A stretch of DNA of 60,601 nucleotides from an uncultured Eggerthellaceae bacterium (GCA_910585565.1 CAJUFC010000156.1:1-60601); one strand, 5' to 3'; positions 35,172 to 44,578 are shown, numbered from the stretch's first letter. Numbers and translations are program-made. Notes: generated from the sequence alone by a model not told the origin.

Positions 35172-35992
35172 TCTCGGCTCCTTCCTTCATCGCCTGGTGC
35201 ATGTAGCTCTTGAAGTGATCCGGCGACAGCAGGGTCGAAGCTGTCAGGTGCTTGCGCATCTTCGCCTTTCCCTGCCATTCATCACGTTTGTACTCGATCA
35301 TCTGGCGCACCTGCTCGTCGGTGTAGCGCCCCTCCATCCCCGCCAGAAACCGTGCGCACGTGGGCGGCAGCTGCCCGTATGCGGTGCCCAGCACATCGTT
35401 CAGCGCCCTCAGGCACCGCAGCCCGAACGTGGCGCTCTCTGCGCCGTCTTGGGCGTCATACAGGTTTGGTGTGGCTTTCTCTTTGGGAAGGCTTTCAAGT
35501 CGAATCTCCTTCCCGGTCTCTTTCTCCCTCTCTTTCTCACCCTTTATAGGTGCGCTTGCTGTTTGCTCGCTGGTTTGCTTGTATGGTTGGTTTGCTTCCC
35601 GTTCGGCAGTCTGCTTCGCTGGTTGCTTCGGCTTTTGCTTCGCCGTTTGCTTTGAATCGGCTTCGGCGTTTGCTGGCGGTGCTGCCTGCAAGTCCGCGCA
35701 ACCTCGCGCAATGTCGCCCGCGCCGTTCGCGCCCCCCGGCGATGGCCTCCTGCACCTGTTCGGGCTTCAGCTTGCGGCTGCGCCGCTTTCCGCCCTTCTT
35801 GCCGGCGATTGCTCGCGCCTTCGCTATCAGCACACGCTGGCGGAATGCGACGTAGAACCCTCGCGCAGTGCCCCGCAGCTTCGTGTCCTCCTCGCCGTCG
35901 AAGTACAGCGCCAGCAGGGCGCCGGCGCAGGCGTCGCGGTCGCGCTGGGGAAGCGTCGAGATGGCCTCCCAGAAATCGTCCTGAAAATACAT
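35137..35992 (-). CDS. Phage replisome-organiser-like protein, read as two overlapping frames (35537-35992 and 35137-35691)
   Basis: The upstream frame starts MYFQDDFWEAISTLP. The downstream frame ends with a conserved phage C-terminal domain (RFLAGMEGRYTDEQVRQMIEYKRDEWQG). The frames can be joined at the C6/G6 run at 35732-35737. Confidence 0.5.
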
Positions 35993-36012
35993 TCCCACAT
36001 CCAAAACCTCTT

Positions 36013-36303
36013 TCAGGTCGTCCCCGAAGCGCCCCAGTCGCTCCGCGACTCCATGAGCTTGCGCTTCTGAAGGATCAGCTTGTTCACATGCGCAATGGCT
36101 CCGGCGGCCTCGCGCGCGGAGAGCTCGCTTAACTGCCTCCCGTACTTCGCGCATGCCCATTCCTGGATCGATCCGGCGTGGATGCCCAGCCTCTGCGCAT
36201 CGGTCATCGCCTCTTCCAGCATCGGCATGATGGATGCCGCAGCAGCATGCACGTCCCGCAATGCCGCTGCATCCGCTATCTCTCTCACATCGTCGCGTCC
36301 CAT
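36013..36303 (-). CDS. Hypothetical phage protein (96 aa)
   Basis: Starts MGRDDVREIADAAA. Lies in the early-gene region. Confidence 0.45.
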   Translation of the reverse strand: MGRDDVREIADAAALRDVHAAAASIMPMLEEAMTDAQRLGIHAGSIQEWACAKYGRQLSELSAREAAGAIAHVNKLILQKRKLMESRSDWGASGTT

Positions 36304-36422
36304 CCCTTGCTCCTTTCCTGTCGCACGAAGTGCGAAGTGACTTTTTGAAGTGCAAATCAACCAAATCCACACATATCAGCATCCGAGCGGCAGAAGGCCG
36401 CACGGGCACGGAGGGAGTGGGC

Positions 36423-36848
36423 TCAACCGTTCTTTTCAGCCGCCTTCCGCTGGCTTTTCGTAGGTAATCCATAGCGTTTGCACGTCCTCGCGTTGCGCTG
36501 CCTGATCTTCGCGCGCTCGCGCCGTATCTGCTCAATTTCCTCACCTTCTTCGGCTTCCCGCCGCTCCTGCTCCAACAATTCCTCGAATGCCTTCGCCTCT
36601 TCGAGCCGCAATAGCTCCGTGCAACGGATGCACATCTTCGACTGCCGGTTGATGTGGACGCCTATGGCGCCGCACTCCGGGCACACAGTCCTCTTCCGAA
36701 GCGAGGCGTGAATGCGCACCGCGCGCCTCTTTATGGCGTAAACCGTGTGCAGGGCATGGCAGCGCCTCACGAGCTCGCGCCGCACTGCGTCAACGCCCTT
36801 GTGCCCCAGCTCGCGTATCACCGCGTCCTGCTCATCGGTCCACCTCAT
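36423..36848 (-). CDS. Hypothetical phage protein with a Cys4 zinc ribbon
   Basis: Starts MRWTDEQDAVIRELG. Contains CPECG...CIRC. Basic C-terminus. Confidence 0.55.
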   Translation of the reverse strand: MRWTDEQDAVIRELGHKGVDAVRRELVRRCHALHTVYAIKRRAVRIHASLRKRTVCPECGAIGVHINRQSKMCIRCTELLRLEEAKAFEELLEQERREAEEGEEIEQIRRERAKIRQRNARTCKRYGLPTKSQRKAAEKNG

Positions 36849-37045
36849 GGGATCACCTGGTTCATTTCGGCTACCTTGCGCTCCAGGTACTCTCGGGCGT
36901 CTATGCGCCATGTCCGGTTGTTGAGCTTCGTGCATCTCACTTCGCCACGCCTGCACATGCGCTGCGCGGTCCACAGGCTCACGCCGAGTATCTCGGCGAA
37001 CTCTTCTGCCGTGGCGAATCGCGTGACGTGTTCGAACTCTGACAT
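36845..37045 (-). CDS. Excisionase/MerR-type HTH DNA-binding protein
   Basis: TAEEFAEILGVSLWTAQRMCRRGEVRCTKLNNRTWRI is typical of Xis-like HTH_17 proteins. Confidence 0.7.
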   Translation of the reverse strand: MSEFEHVTRFATAEEFAEILGVSLWTAQRMCRRGEVRCTKLNNRTWRIDAREYLERKVAEMNQVIP

Positions 37046-37090
37046 CGTCCGCGCTCCTTCCTTTAGCGGGGTTTCTCCTCGACCATTCCC

Positions 37091-37297
37091 TCATGCGCCT
37101 ATCTCGCACTTGTCGAAGTCGCTTCCGTCTAACCCGAGGACCCGGCACACGTTCAAGAACTGCTTGGCCTTCAGTTCGCCCTTGCCCTGAAAGGCCCGGG
37201 AAACGACGTCCGGGTTCATCGAGCACCTTCGGGCTATCTCTGCATAGCTCACACCGCGGGCGACGCGCCGCTCTTCCAATACTTCGGCAATGCTCAT
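37091..37297 (-). CDS. Cro-like XRE-family regulator
   Basis: 68 aa HTH (SYAEIARRCSMNPDVVSRAF), divergent from the CI-like gene. Confidence 0.8.
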   Translation of the reverse strand: MSIAEVLEERRVARGVSYAEIARRCSMNPDVVSRAFQGKGELKAKQFLNVCRVLGLDGSDFDKCEIGA

Positions 37298-37476
37298 CCC
37301 TCAATCACCTCCTTAATCACATCAGAAATAAAAGTATCAAGCTGTAACAAACTCATTCACTATCAAAACAGTGTGATTTGCTGTTAATTTCCCTTTATCA
37401 ATGTGATTCACGCCTGCGTCATGGTAGAATGAGGCATCAGATTCTTCAGGTTGGATGAGCAGAAGAGGTGTTGGAA
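37298..37476. promoter_or_regulatory. Lysis-lysogeny switch region with three TATCAA...GTGAT-type repeats and an extended -10 (TGGTAGAAT)
   Basis: TATCAA at about 37335, 37361 and 37396. TGGTAGAAT lies about 50 nt upstream of the CI-like start. Confidence 0.45.
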
Positions 37477-38070
37477 ATGCCCGACAATGAGAGCATCGGC
37501 TCGCAGTTGAGGGCGGCCAGGAAGGCTGCGAGGGTCAGCGCCTCTGAGGCCGGCAGCGCGACGGGGGTCAAAGCCAACGCGGTATACAACTGGGAGAACG
37601 GCCACAGCGAGCCGAGCGCGAGCCAGCTGCTGATGCTTTGCCGTCTCTACGGAATCGACCTGAAAGACCTGAGCGCCGCCGGGCAAGCACGGGGCAGTGC
37701 CCACCCGTGGGAAGCCGATGTGGACCTGCGTCTGCTCCTCTCAGACGTCATGCGAGGGCATCCGGCAGCCTATCCCATCCTCGTGAAGAACAGCTTTGCA
37801 GACCGGGTGCTCGCTCTGGGAGCCTATGCGCTCGTCGAGCCGCGTGATGCGGGCATAGCCCCAGGCACGCTCTGCGCGGTATCCGTCAACGAGCAATACC
37901 CCATCTTCGCTCGCGTTACGGAGCTCTCGGCTGGGTACAGGCTGTCGCCGGATTCCCACGATCCGACGAGGCGCGATCTGGTCATCGATTTCGAGGAAGG
38001 AGGGGATGCAAGCGTCTTGGGCGTGGTCATCTGGGATTTCCCGCCCTGCGCAGAAGCTGAAAGAATGTAA
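37477..38070 (+). CDS. CI-like repressor (XRE HTH plus S24/LexA-like peptidase domain)
   Basis: N-terminal HTH (IGSQLRAARKAARVSASEAGSATGVKANAVYNWENG) with a C-terminal beta-rich domain. ATG at 37477 behind GAGGTG. Confidence 0.8.
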   Translation: MPDNESIGSQLRAARKAARVSASEAGSATGVKANAVYNWENGHSEPSASQLLMLCRLYGIDLKDLSAAGQARGSAHPWEADVDLRLLLSDVMRGHPAAYPILVKNSFADRVLALGAYALVEPRDAGIAPGTLCAVSVNEQYPIFARVTELSAGYRLSPDSHDPTRRDLVIDFEEGGDASVLGVVIWDFPPCAEAERM

Positions 38071-38157
38071 AAGAGAGCCCCGCGCGCGCTGGCCGGCGCG
38101 ACACGGGGCATGCCGAAGAAACCCCGCTAAAGGAAACCTCGACGAAAGGATTTTATC

Positions 38158-39438
38158 ATGCCGTGCAAGAAGACAGGCAAACCAGCCCAGGGCGAAGGCA
38201 ACATCTACCCTCTCGAAGACAAGCCCAAGAACCGCTGCGGCAAGTGGCGCATCGTCATCCCGCTCGGGAAGCTCGACGGAAAATACAGGCAGCGCAAAGA
38301 GACGTTCCACGGAACCTACACCGAAGCCCACGCCCGCCGCCGCGAAATGGTGATAGAGCGCGACGGCCGCCCGTGGGATGCGGATTGCACCGTCGGCGAA
38401 TGGCTCGATTCATTCAACGCCAAGCGTGCAGCATTCGGGGAGATCTCCAAGCGAACCATGGAGACGGACAAGAGAAACAGCGCATCGATAAAGCTGCATC
38501 TTGGCGAATGCCGCTTTGGCGACCTCACGACAGAGCGCGTCAACCGCATGTACTCGGATCTGCGGGCGGGGAAGTCCTTGAGCGGAAAGCCGCTGTCCGG
38601 CACAACGCTTCACAGCATCCACTCGATGCTGATACTCGCATTGCGTGAGCCGATCAAGAAGGGCATCGTCCACACAGACCTCTTCGAGGGCGTCATAGCA
38701 CCCAAGCGCGATACGAAAGAGAAGCGCACGCTCAGCACGCCCGCAGCAGGCTCGTTCATGATGAACCTCGACCCCAACCATCCCTCGGCGATGGCCGTGC
38801 TGCTCTGCGTTTCGATGGGCCTGCGGAGAAGCGAATCGCTGGGAGTGATGTGGTCGGACATAGAATACGGCGTACTCCATCTGCGCCACGGCGTCGAAGA
38901 AGACGGCGGGCTGAAGAAGCCCAAGACCGCGGCGGGAATAAGAAGCCTGCCGATTCCGCGCATCATCATGGAGGCCCTTGAAATCCGCCGCAACGCGCAG
39001 CGAAAGCTCGCGATCATGATGGTGTATGGCCCGAACCATCAGGGCTCGATAGACCGAGATAAAGTCGAGCTGGCGCTTCAGGAGCAATTCCCGTTCGTAT
39101 GCTCCAACGCATCGGTTCCGAAGCGCCCCCATGCGCTCAGCGTCTGGTGGAGCAGGCATTGCAGGGACTACGGTATTACTATCACCCTGCATGAGCTGCG
39201 CCACACGTTTCTAACCATGCTCGCTCGCGCAAAAGTGCATCCAAAGGTCATGCAGGAACTAGCCGGCCATGCGAGCGCTCAGATAACAATGGACATATAC
39301 ACCCACATCGACATAGAGGAAAAGGCAAAAGCCATTCAAACACTCGACGCCGCACTTCTCCCGCAGCAAACGCAGCCCAACATCATCGAAGTAGCGAACC
39401 ACGGCAATTCTTCCAACTTTCTTCCACCAGCCGCCTAA
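38158..39438 (+). CDS. Tyrosine integrase
   Basis: HELRHTFLTMLARAKVHPKVMQELAGHASAQITMDIYTH carries the R-H-R-Y box elements. Confidence 0.9.
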   Translation: MPCKKTGKPAQGEGNIYPLEDKPKNRCGKWRIVIPLGKLDGKYRQRKETFHGTYTEAHARRREMVIERDGRPWDADCTVGEWLDSFNAKRAAFGEISKRTMETDKRNSASIKLHLGECRFGDLTTERVNRMYSDLRAGKSLSGKPLSGTTLHSIHSMLILALREPIKKGIVHTDLFEGVIAPKRDTKEKRTLSTPAAGSFMMNLDPNHPSAMAVLLCVSMGLRRSESLGVMWSDIEYGVLHLRHGVEEDGGLKKPKTAAGIRSLPIPRIIMEALEIRRNAQRKLAIMMVYGPNHQGSIDRDKVELALQEQFPFVCSNASVPKRPHALSVWWSRHCRDYGITITLHELRHTFLTMLARAKVHPKVMQELAGHASAQITMDIYTHIDIEEKAKAIQTLDAALLPQQTQPNIIEVANHGNSSNFLPPAA

Positions 39439-39480
39439 ACAACCCCACTGAACAGGTACTATGCCCTAAAGGACAAAAGA

Positions 39481-39497
39481 AACCGTCCCCTGTGTCC
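39481..39497. repeat. Half REP-like element (AACCGTCCCCTGTGTCC), candidate prophage junction
   Basis: Complementary arm to the half element at 4713-4728. 43 nt from the integrase stop. Confidence 0.5.
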
Positions 39498-39655
39498 TCC
39501 TGCCCTGTGTGCCCTTGTGCCCCCCCTGCGCCCCGTGCTGTTGCAGAGCGGTTGCATTATCGGCAAGGGGCGTGCGCATCATGCACCGCAAATCGTCGCT
39601 CACGCCCCTTACACTCGAGTCAACGAAAGAGACCGCATGAGGGAAAGAGGCAACC

Positions 39656-39817
39656 ATGGACGGCAATCTGGTCGTGCTGATCGTCATGATCGCGCTGGTC
39701 TTGGGCGGAGGCATTCTGCTCAACTTCCAAATCAGGCACTCCGAGAAGAAGGAGCGCGAGGCCCAGGCGAAGAGCGCAAAGGGCGGCTCGGAGGCAAGAC
39801 AGGCAGCAGCCCGCTAG
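39656..39817 (+). CDS. Small single-TM protein (53 aa)
   Basis: MDGNLVVLIVMIALVLGGGILLNF followed by a Lys/Glu-rich tail. GAAAGAGG RBS. A strong terminator follows. Not in the track because it is under 60 aa. Confidence 0.5.
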   Translation: MDGNLVVLIVMIALVLGGGILLNFQIRHSEKKEREAQAKSAKGGSEARQAAAR

Positions 39818-39844
39818 ACCAACAGCAACAGCAGCCAGCGGTCG

Positions 39845-39875
39845 GAAGAGGCCTCCTTTACCAGGAGGCCTCTTC
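39845..39875 (+). terminator. Hairpin terminator
   Basis: GAAGAGGCCTCC-TTTACCA-GGAGGCCTCTTC, a 12-bp perfect stem. Confidence 0.65.
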
Positions 39876-39951
39876 TGCGTTCTGGAGCAAGCGAAGAAGC
39901 GCTAGAATGAGCGCCTTCGAACCTGCCGCACGAAACGCACGAGGCGACGAC

Positions 39952-40884
39952 ATGAACATCGAATCGTTGAGCGAATTCGCATACCTTGCAGACACGCTGA
40001 GCTTCCGGCGCACGGCCGAGCACTTTTACGTCAGCCGCTCGGTGATCAGCCGCCACCTCGCCTCGCTCGAAGACGCCCTGGGGGCCGTGCTCCTGGAACG
40101 CGACGCGCACGGCGTGGAGCTCACGCCGGCCGGCAGGGTGTTTCTAGGCGAGGCGCAGGCCCTCTTGCGCGCCTGGGACCAGGCGCAGCAACGGGTGCGC
40201 GCCGCATCCGCCGCAGGAAGCACGCTCGTCCGGGTGGGATACCTGCGCAACGGCGCTCGGCCATTCCTCGCCAAGTTCGTGAAAGCCATGACTCGCAAGC
40301 ACCCGGACGTGCATCTGTCGCTGTCATGCATGGGCTACCAGCAGGCCCGCATCGCGATGGAGGAGCACACGATCGACGTCATGCTGGGAATCAACGTCGA
40401 TCCGTCGCTCACCAAGAACTATCGGTCAACGCTGATATATAAGGACTACTTCGTCGCCGCCTGCGGCCACTCCCATCCGCTTGCCGGATGCGCTGACGGG
40501 GTCACGTTCGACGACCTGCGCGAGCAGCGACTTGTCGTTCCGGACAGCTATGTGTCCGCCGGACTGGCGAAGCTGGTCGGCCAGCTTGTCGACGAGAAGG
40601 CACTCTCTGAGTCAGGCGAGCTGTACCAAGACATCGACATGCTGAACCTGAAGATACAGACCGAGGACGTCATCGCGTTCGTTTCGAACCTGAACACGCT
40701 CATGTTCGAGGAGTCGCTGGCGATTCTCCCCATCGTGGGCATCGACACCGGATTCAGCATCAGCGCCTACTACCACGACGGCTTCGATGGCGCGGCCTAT
40801 GAGGCATGCAGGGCGGAGTTCGAGGCATGTCAGCGCCTCCTCGCAGCCACCACGCCGAAGGTCCCGTGGGGCGAGCCGGAATAG
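39952..40884 (+). CDS. LysR family transcriptional regulator
   Basis: MNIESLSEFAYLADTLSFRRTAEHFYVSRSVISRHLASLEDALG. The track ORF has a spurious N-terminal extension. Confidence 0.9.
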   Translation: MNIESLSEFAYLADTLSFRRTAEHFYVSRSVISRHLASLEDALGAVLLERDAHGVELTPAGRVFLGEAQALLRAWDQAQQRVRAASAAGSTLVRVGYLRNGARPFLAKFVKAMTRKHPDVHLSLSCMGYQQARIAMEEHTIDVMLGINVDPSLTKNYRSTLIYKDYFVAACGHSHPLAGCADGVTFDDLREQRLVVPDSYVSAGLAKLVGQLVDEKALSESGELYQDIDMLNLKIQTEDVIAFVSNLNTLMFEESLAILPIVGIDTGFSISAYYHDGFDGAAYEACRAEFEACQRLLAATTPKVPWGEPE

Positions 40885-40920
40885 CCGGCCGTCCGCCTCC
40901 GCCGTCCCGGTCGCCGTCCG

Positions 40921-40972
40921 GCAGCATGTTGCGGCTGCGCCCTTCGAGCAGGACGCAGCCGCAACATGCTGC
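40921..40972. terminator. Perfect 19-bp stem hairpin
   Basis: GCAGCATGTTGCGGCTGCG-N14-CGCAGCCGCAACATGCTGC, 37 nt after the LysR stop. Confidence 0.55.
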
Positions 40973-40997
40973 AACACAGGGGGCGTCCAACACGCCC

Positions 40998-41022
40998 AAC
41001 ACAGGGGACGGTTCCCTGTGTT
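40998..41022. repeat. REP-like palindromic repeat copy
   Basis: AACACAGGGGACGGTTCCCTGTGTT. Confidence 0.85.
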
Positions 41023-41218
41023 CGAAAGCGGAACGCGGAACCGACCCCCGTTCCAACGACCCCTGTTCCAACAAATGCCGGCTCAGGACGAGATGACGTC
41101 ATCTTCCTTTCGAGGCCCGAATCGTGCAGCTGAGACCATATAGAATGCAACCACTCGTTTGTGGCCTTGCACGTCGCTGCGCCCGTCCCTATGCTCTTCG
41201 GCGAGAGAAAGGACGTGG

Positions 41219-41656
41219 ATGAAGCTCAACGTGAAGGAAGACCCCGCCGTCACAGAGGTCGAGGTGACCGTGGTGTGCCCACGCGTCGACGCGCGCGTGC
41301 AGCGGATCATGGCTGCAGTGGAAATGGAGGATCTGCGACTTGCGGGAACCATCGACGGCTTCCTGTGCATTCTGGAAGCGCGCGAGGTGCTGTACGTCGA
41401 GACCGTTGATGGACGCACGTTCCTCTACGGAGCGAAAAAGGTGTACGAGTCGACAGCTACACTGGCAGACATCGAAAGCCGTCTAGCTGGGGAGGAGTTC
41501 GTGCGCGCATCGCGTCAGACGTTGGTGAACCTCGCGCACGTGAGCGGCATCAGGCCCTACCTGAACGCCCGTCTCGAACTGGTACTCGACAACGACGAGC
41601 ACATCATCGCATCACGCCAATTCGCACCTCTCATCAAGAAGCGCATAGGACTTTAG
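41219..41656 (+). CDS. LytTR-domain DNA-binding protein
   Basis: ILEAREVLYVETVDGRTFLYGAKKVYESTATLADIESRL..FVRASRQTLVNLAHV is typical of LytTR. Confidence 0.85.
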   Translation: MKLNVKEDPAVTEVEVTVVCPRVDARVQRIMAAVEMEDLRLAGTIDGFLCILEAREVLYVETVDGRTFLYGAKKVYESTATLADIESRLAGEEFVRASRQTLVNLAHVSGIRPYLNARLELVLDNDEHIIASRQFAPLIKKRIGL

Positions 41657-41670
41657 GAAAGGATGGGCAT

Positions 41671-42102
41671 ATGAGCAATTTCGCGAAAAGAATCATGATC
41701 ACCGCCTGCGTGATGTTCACCCTGTTCATGACGATTGGAACGGTGACGGCCATCGCATTCATCGGGCCTCAGTACGGGCTGGTCATGACGCTGAGCTTGC
41801 TCCTGGCAGCGACGATGTTCGCTCTGCTGCAGGCACTCTGGTTCACCGATAGGGTCATACACCAGCTAGCATATCCGATACGCATCATGGGGTTCGGCGT
41901 GATGGGGTTTGCCGCGCTGGCGTTGTGCGCGTGGGTGGGTGCGTGGTTTCCCATGAACGAAATCGGCGCGTGGGCCACGTTCGCCGTCATATTCCTGGTG
42001 ACGCTGGGGGCGTTCTGCCTTGGATACCAAATCCACTTCAAGCGCACCGTGGGAAGCTTCGACGCTGCCCTGCGCGCATACCACGAACGCATGGGTCGAT
42101 AA
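41671..42102 (+). CDS. DUF3021-like 4-TM membrane protein (common LytTR partner)
   Basis: 143 aa with four hydrophobic helices, 14 nt after the LytTR gene. Confidence 0.75.
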   Translation: MSNFAKRIMITACVMFTLFMTIGTVTAIAFIGPQYGLVMTLSLLLAATMFALLQALWFTDRVIHQLAYPIRIMGFGVMGFAALALCAWVGAWFPMNEIGAWATFAVIFLVTLGAFCLGYQIHFKRTVGSFDAALRAYHERMGR

Positions 42103-42170
42103 ATTGCGCAGAGCCAAAAGGAGGCCGTTCCCGCGATTCAGGGGCTACATAGCAACACGACAACACAGAC

Positions 42171-42239
42171 AGCACAGGGGGACGGCTCCCTGTGCTGTCG
42201 AGGGGGCGCCTAGCACAGAGAACCGTCCCCCCCCGTGTT
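42171..42239. repeat. Two REP-like copies in opposite orientation
   Basis: AGCACAGGGGGACGGCTCCCTGTGCT (42171-42196) and TAGCACAGAGAACCGTCCCCCCCCGTGTT (42211-42239). Confidence 0.8.
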
Positions 42240-42256
42240 CCCCTGTGCCCTAGCGC

Positions 42257-42688
42257 ATGCATGCCGGCGCTAGCGACTCATCATTTGAAGGCCTCGGGGC
42301 TGCTTCGGCTGCGCTGGCGGCAATGCTCTCCTCGCACAGTGACTTCGGAAGGCTCGGGGCGCTTTTGGCGAGCATCATCGAGACCAACGTGCGTCTGGAA
42401 TGCCTCGTTGCGTGCAAGCGCGAGATCATCGCCATGATGACCGAGGGGTCGGACTTGCTCGTCGAATGCGGCATCTTCGACGATGCGGCCGACTCGACAA
42501 GGTTTCTCTTGGACCTGTCGAACTACGTTTCCGGACTCCACCCTGCGACCCACCCGCTTCCCACCCAGCGCGCCGCCTGCGAGGAAACAGGCTATCCGAT
42601 GTTGTCTTACGAGGAGTCGCTGCGCGATTTTCTGACCGTACAGATCGTCGGCTACAGGACGCTGAAGGGGCTGCGAAGCGATTCGTGA
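42257..42688 (+). CDS. Hypothetical protein, start uncertain
   Basis: The central part has protein-like composition (IIETNVRLECLVACKREIIAMMTEGSDLLVECGIF). No motif recognised. Confidence 0.35.
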   Translation: MHAGASDSSFEGLGAASAALAAMLSSHSDFGRLGALLASIIETNVRLECLVACKREIIAMMTEGSDLLVECGIFDDAADSTRFLLDLSNYVSGLHPATHPLPTQRAACEETGYPMLSYEESLRDFLTVQIVGYRTLKGLRSDS

Positions 42689-42760
42689 TTTCCGATCGTG
42701 CGCGAAAAAAGGAAAAGGAACTGTACGGGCATGAGACGAGAGCTTGGCATTAACACAGGC

Positions 42761-42785
42761 AACACAGGGAACCGTCCCCTGTGTT
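42761..42785. repeat. REP-like palindromic repeat copy
   Basis: AACACAGGGAACCGTCCCCTGTGTT. Confidence 0.85.
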
Positions 42786-43033
42786 AGGCCCTGTGTTAGG
42801 GATTTGCGCATGCGCCGGTGCTGCGCGAGCGCGCGGGCTCAAGGCGGCTGGGGGCAGAGATGTGGGCAGGGCTCTGAGGACCCGGCCGGGTCCCGCCGTT
42901 GCGCCGATGTTTCGCTTTCGGGAACGCACGGTTCCAGAGCGACGACGCGGCGCTTAGAATGGGAGCAGCAGGAACGGAGGTATCATGCCGCTAAACGAAG
43001 CGGATGATGGGGTAGGAAAAGACTTGCCAGACA

Positions 43034-43508
43034 GTGTCTGGCAAATTGACCTTCTCCCACTACTGTGAGGTGCTCGACCTAGACGATGACGAGAAGCGCG
43101 GCTTCATGTTCGTCGGGACGAACCAGCGCGTGCCCGTCGGTAGCGAAAAGGACTATGTAGATATGGTCTTCTACAACAAACCGCTGCGCGCTTACGTGCT
43201 CATCGAACTCAAGACCACGAAGCTGACGGCTTCGACGGCAGGGCAGATAAATGAGTATCTGAACTACTATGCCGCAGAGGTGAACGATGAATACGATAAC
43301 CCTCCCATCGGCATCATCCTCTGCACTGATAAGAATCATGTGCGCAGAGTACGCCCTTGGTGGCCTCAACAACAGCATCTTCGCATCGACCTGCACGCTG
43401 AACTTGCCTGGCAAAGAGCAGCTTGAAGAGCAAGTAAGGCGAATGATAGAAGCCAATGAACGCAAGCTGTTAGGAGAACCGAGCGAGAATGATGGATTGA
43501 TGAAATAG
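43034..43508 (+). pseudogene. YhcG/DUF1016 PD-(D/E)xK nuclease remnant, N-terminally truncated and frameshifted
   Basis: YVDMVFYNKPLRAYVLIELKTTKL...PPIGIILCTDKN continues in a second frame (43287-43508) as AEYALGGLNNSIFASTCTLNLPGKEQLEEQV. Confidence 0.7.
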
Positions 43509-43810
43509 GAGCCTTCTGCGAGCATGCTCCTACATGTCAAAGCCTCCGAGGCTTTGTTGGGGCCGGCCCCATTGGGATCAGCCCCAGTCGTTTTCAGGCG
43601 CGCTGCTAGGCTGCATCTAGCTCGGCCACGCAAGACTCCACTATGCAGCGGATGACGGAAAGGTCGGAGGCGGTTATCTGCTCGCTGCTGGCCCTGTCCT
43701 TGAGCATCGCCAGGAGCGATGCTATCCCCTCCAGCCTCTCGGACGACTGGATTGCGGCATTGACCATTTCTTTGGTTGGGGGGATAACCTTCGCTTGCCC
43801 TCGCGTGCGC

Positions 43811-44578
43811 TTAGGCGGCCCGACGATAGACTCGTACTGCAACCACGACGGCCACCAGCAGGATGCCCACGCACCATACGATCGCAATCCACAGGTCGTC
43901 GCCGAGGGGCTGGCCTTCGAGCAGCGACCGGATGGTGTTCACGAGCGGCGTGACGGGCTGGTTCTCCGCAAAGACCCTCAGCGCCCAGGGCATCGTGTCC
44001 GTGGGGACGAATGCCGAGCTGACGAAGGGCAGGAAGATCAAGGGGTACGAAAACGCGGTGGCTCCGTCCGACGTCTTCGCCGCCGTGCCCGCGATAACCG
44101 CAACCCACGTGAGTGCCAGCATGAACAGGACTATGAGCCCCGCAACGGCGAGCCAGGAAAGCAGCCCTGCGGACGACCTGAACCCTATCAACAACGCAAC
44201 GGCGACGACGATCGCCACCGATAGGACGTTCGCAGCGAGGGACGAGATGACGTTGCCCCAAAGCGGCGAGGACTGCGCGATAGGCATCGAGCGGAATCGG
44301 TCGAAGATTCCCAGCTTCTTGTCGTTGAACATGCGGTACGCGGTGTACGTCACGCCGGTCGCCACCGTCATGAGCATGATGCCCGGCAGCATGTAGTCGA
44401 CATAGCTGCCCCCTGGCACCGAGATCGCCCCGCCGAACACGTAGACGACCATGAGCATGACCGCGACGGGCATGACCACCGAGGTGGCAATGGTGTCGGG
44501 GCTGCGCAGGATGTGGCGCATCGACCGGCCGAGCATGACGGCCGTGTCCGAGAAGAAATGCCCTTTGCTAGCATTCAT
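43811..44578 (-). CDS. ABC-2 type transporter permease
   Basis: 255 aa, six TM segments, overlaps the upstream ATPase gene. Confidence 0.85.
   Translation of the reverse strand: MNASKGHFFSDTAVMLGRSMRHILRSPDTIATSVVMPVAVMLMVVYVFGGAISVPGGSYVDYMLPGIMLMTVATGVTYTAYRMFNDKKLGIFDRFRSMPIAQSSPLWGNVISSLAANVLSVAIVVAVALLIGFRSSAGLLSWLAVAGLIVLFMLALTWVAVIAGTAAKTSDGATAFSYPLIFLPFVSSAFVPTDTMPWALRVFAENQPVTPLVNTIRSLLEGQPLGDDLWIAIVWCVGILLVAVVVAVRVYRRAA

Larger units (their letters stand above)
4725..39485 (-). mobile_element. Integrated siphovirus-like prophage (probably defective) carrying ~14.7 kb of cargo; ends approximate
   Basis: Contiguous integrase, CI/Cro, Xis, DnaC-like, TerS, TerL, portal, scaffold, capsid, Dit/Tal, fibre, holin and lysin genes, nearly all on the minus strand (the CI-like repressor and the integrase read on the plus strand). 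The boundaries are inferred from the split palindromic repeat. Confidence 0.75.

Noticed and set aside
4788-39455. CTGAACAGG shared by both prophage flanks (4788-4796 and 39447-39455) as the att core
   Set aside because: A 9-mer match between two flanks of a few hundred bp is quite likely by chance. The split-palindrome and 10-mer candidates are better supported.
39440-39655. tRNA or tmRNA as the integration target next to the integrase
   Set aside because: No cloverleaf-compatible sequence was seen. The region has only a REP half-site and a 10-bp inverted repeat (AAGGGGCGTG...CACGCCCCTT).
43606-43887. 93-aa minus-strand ORF downstream of the ABC permease
   Set aside because: It overlaps the permease 3' end. 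The possible internal start (MVNAAIQ, 43767) has no RBS and no recognisable motif, so it was left unannotated.
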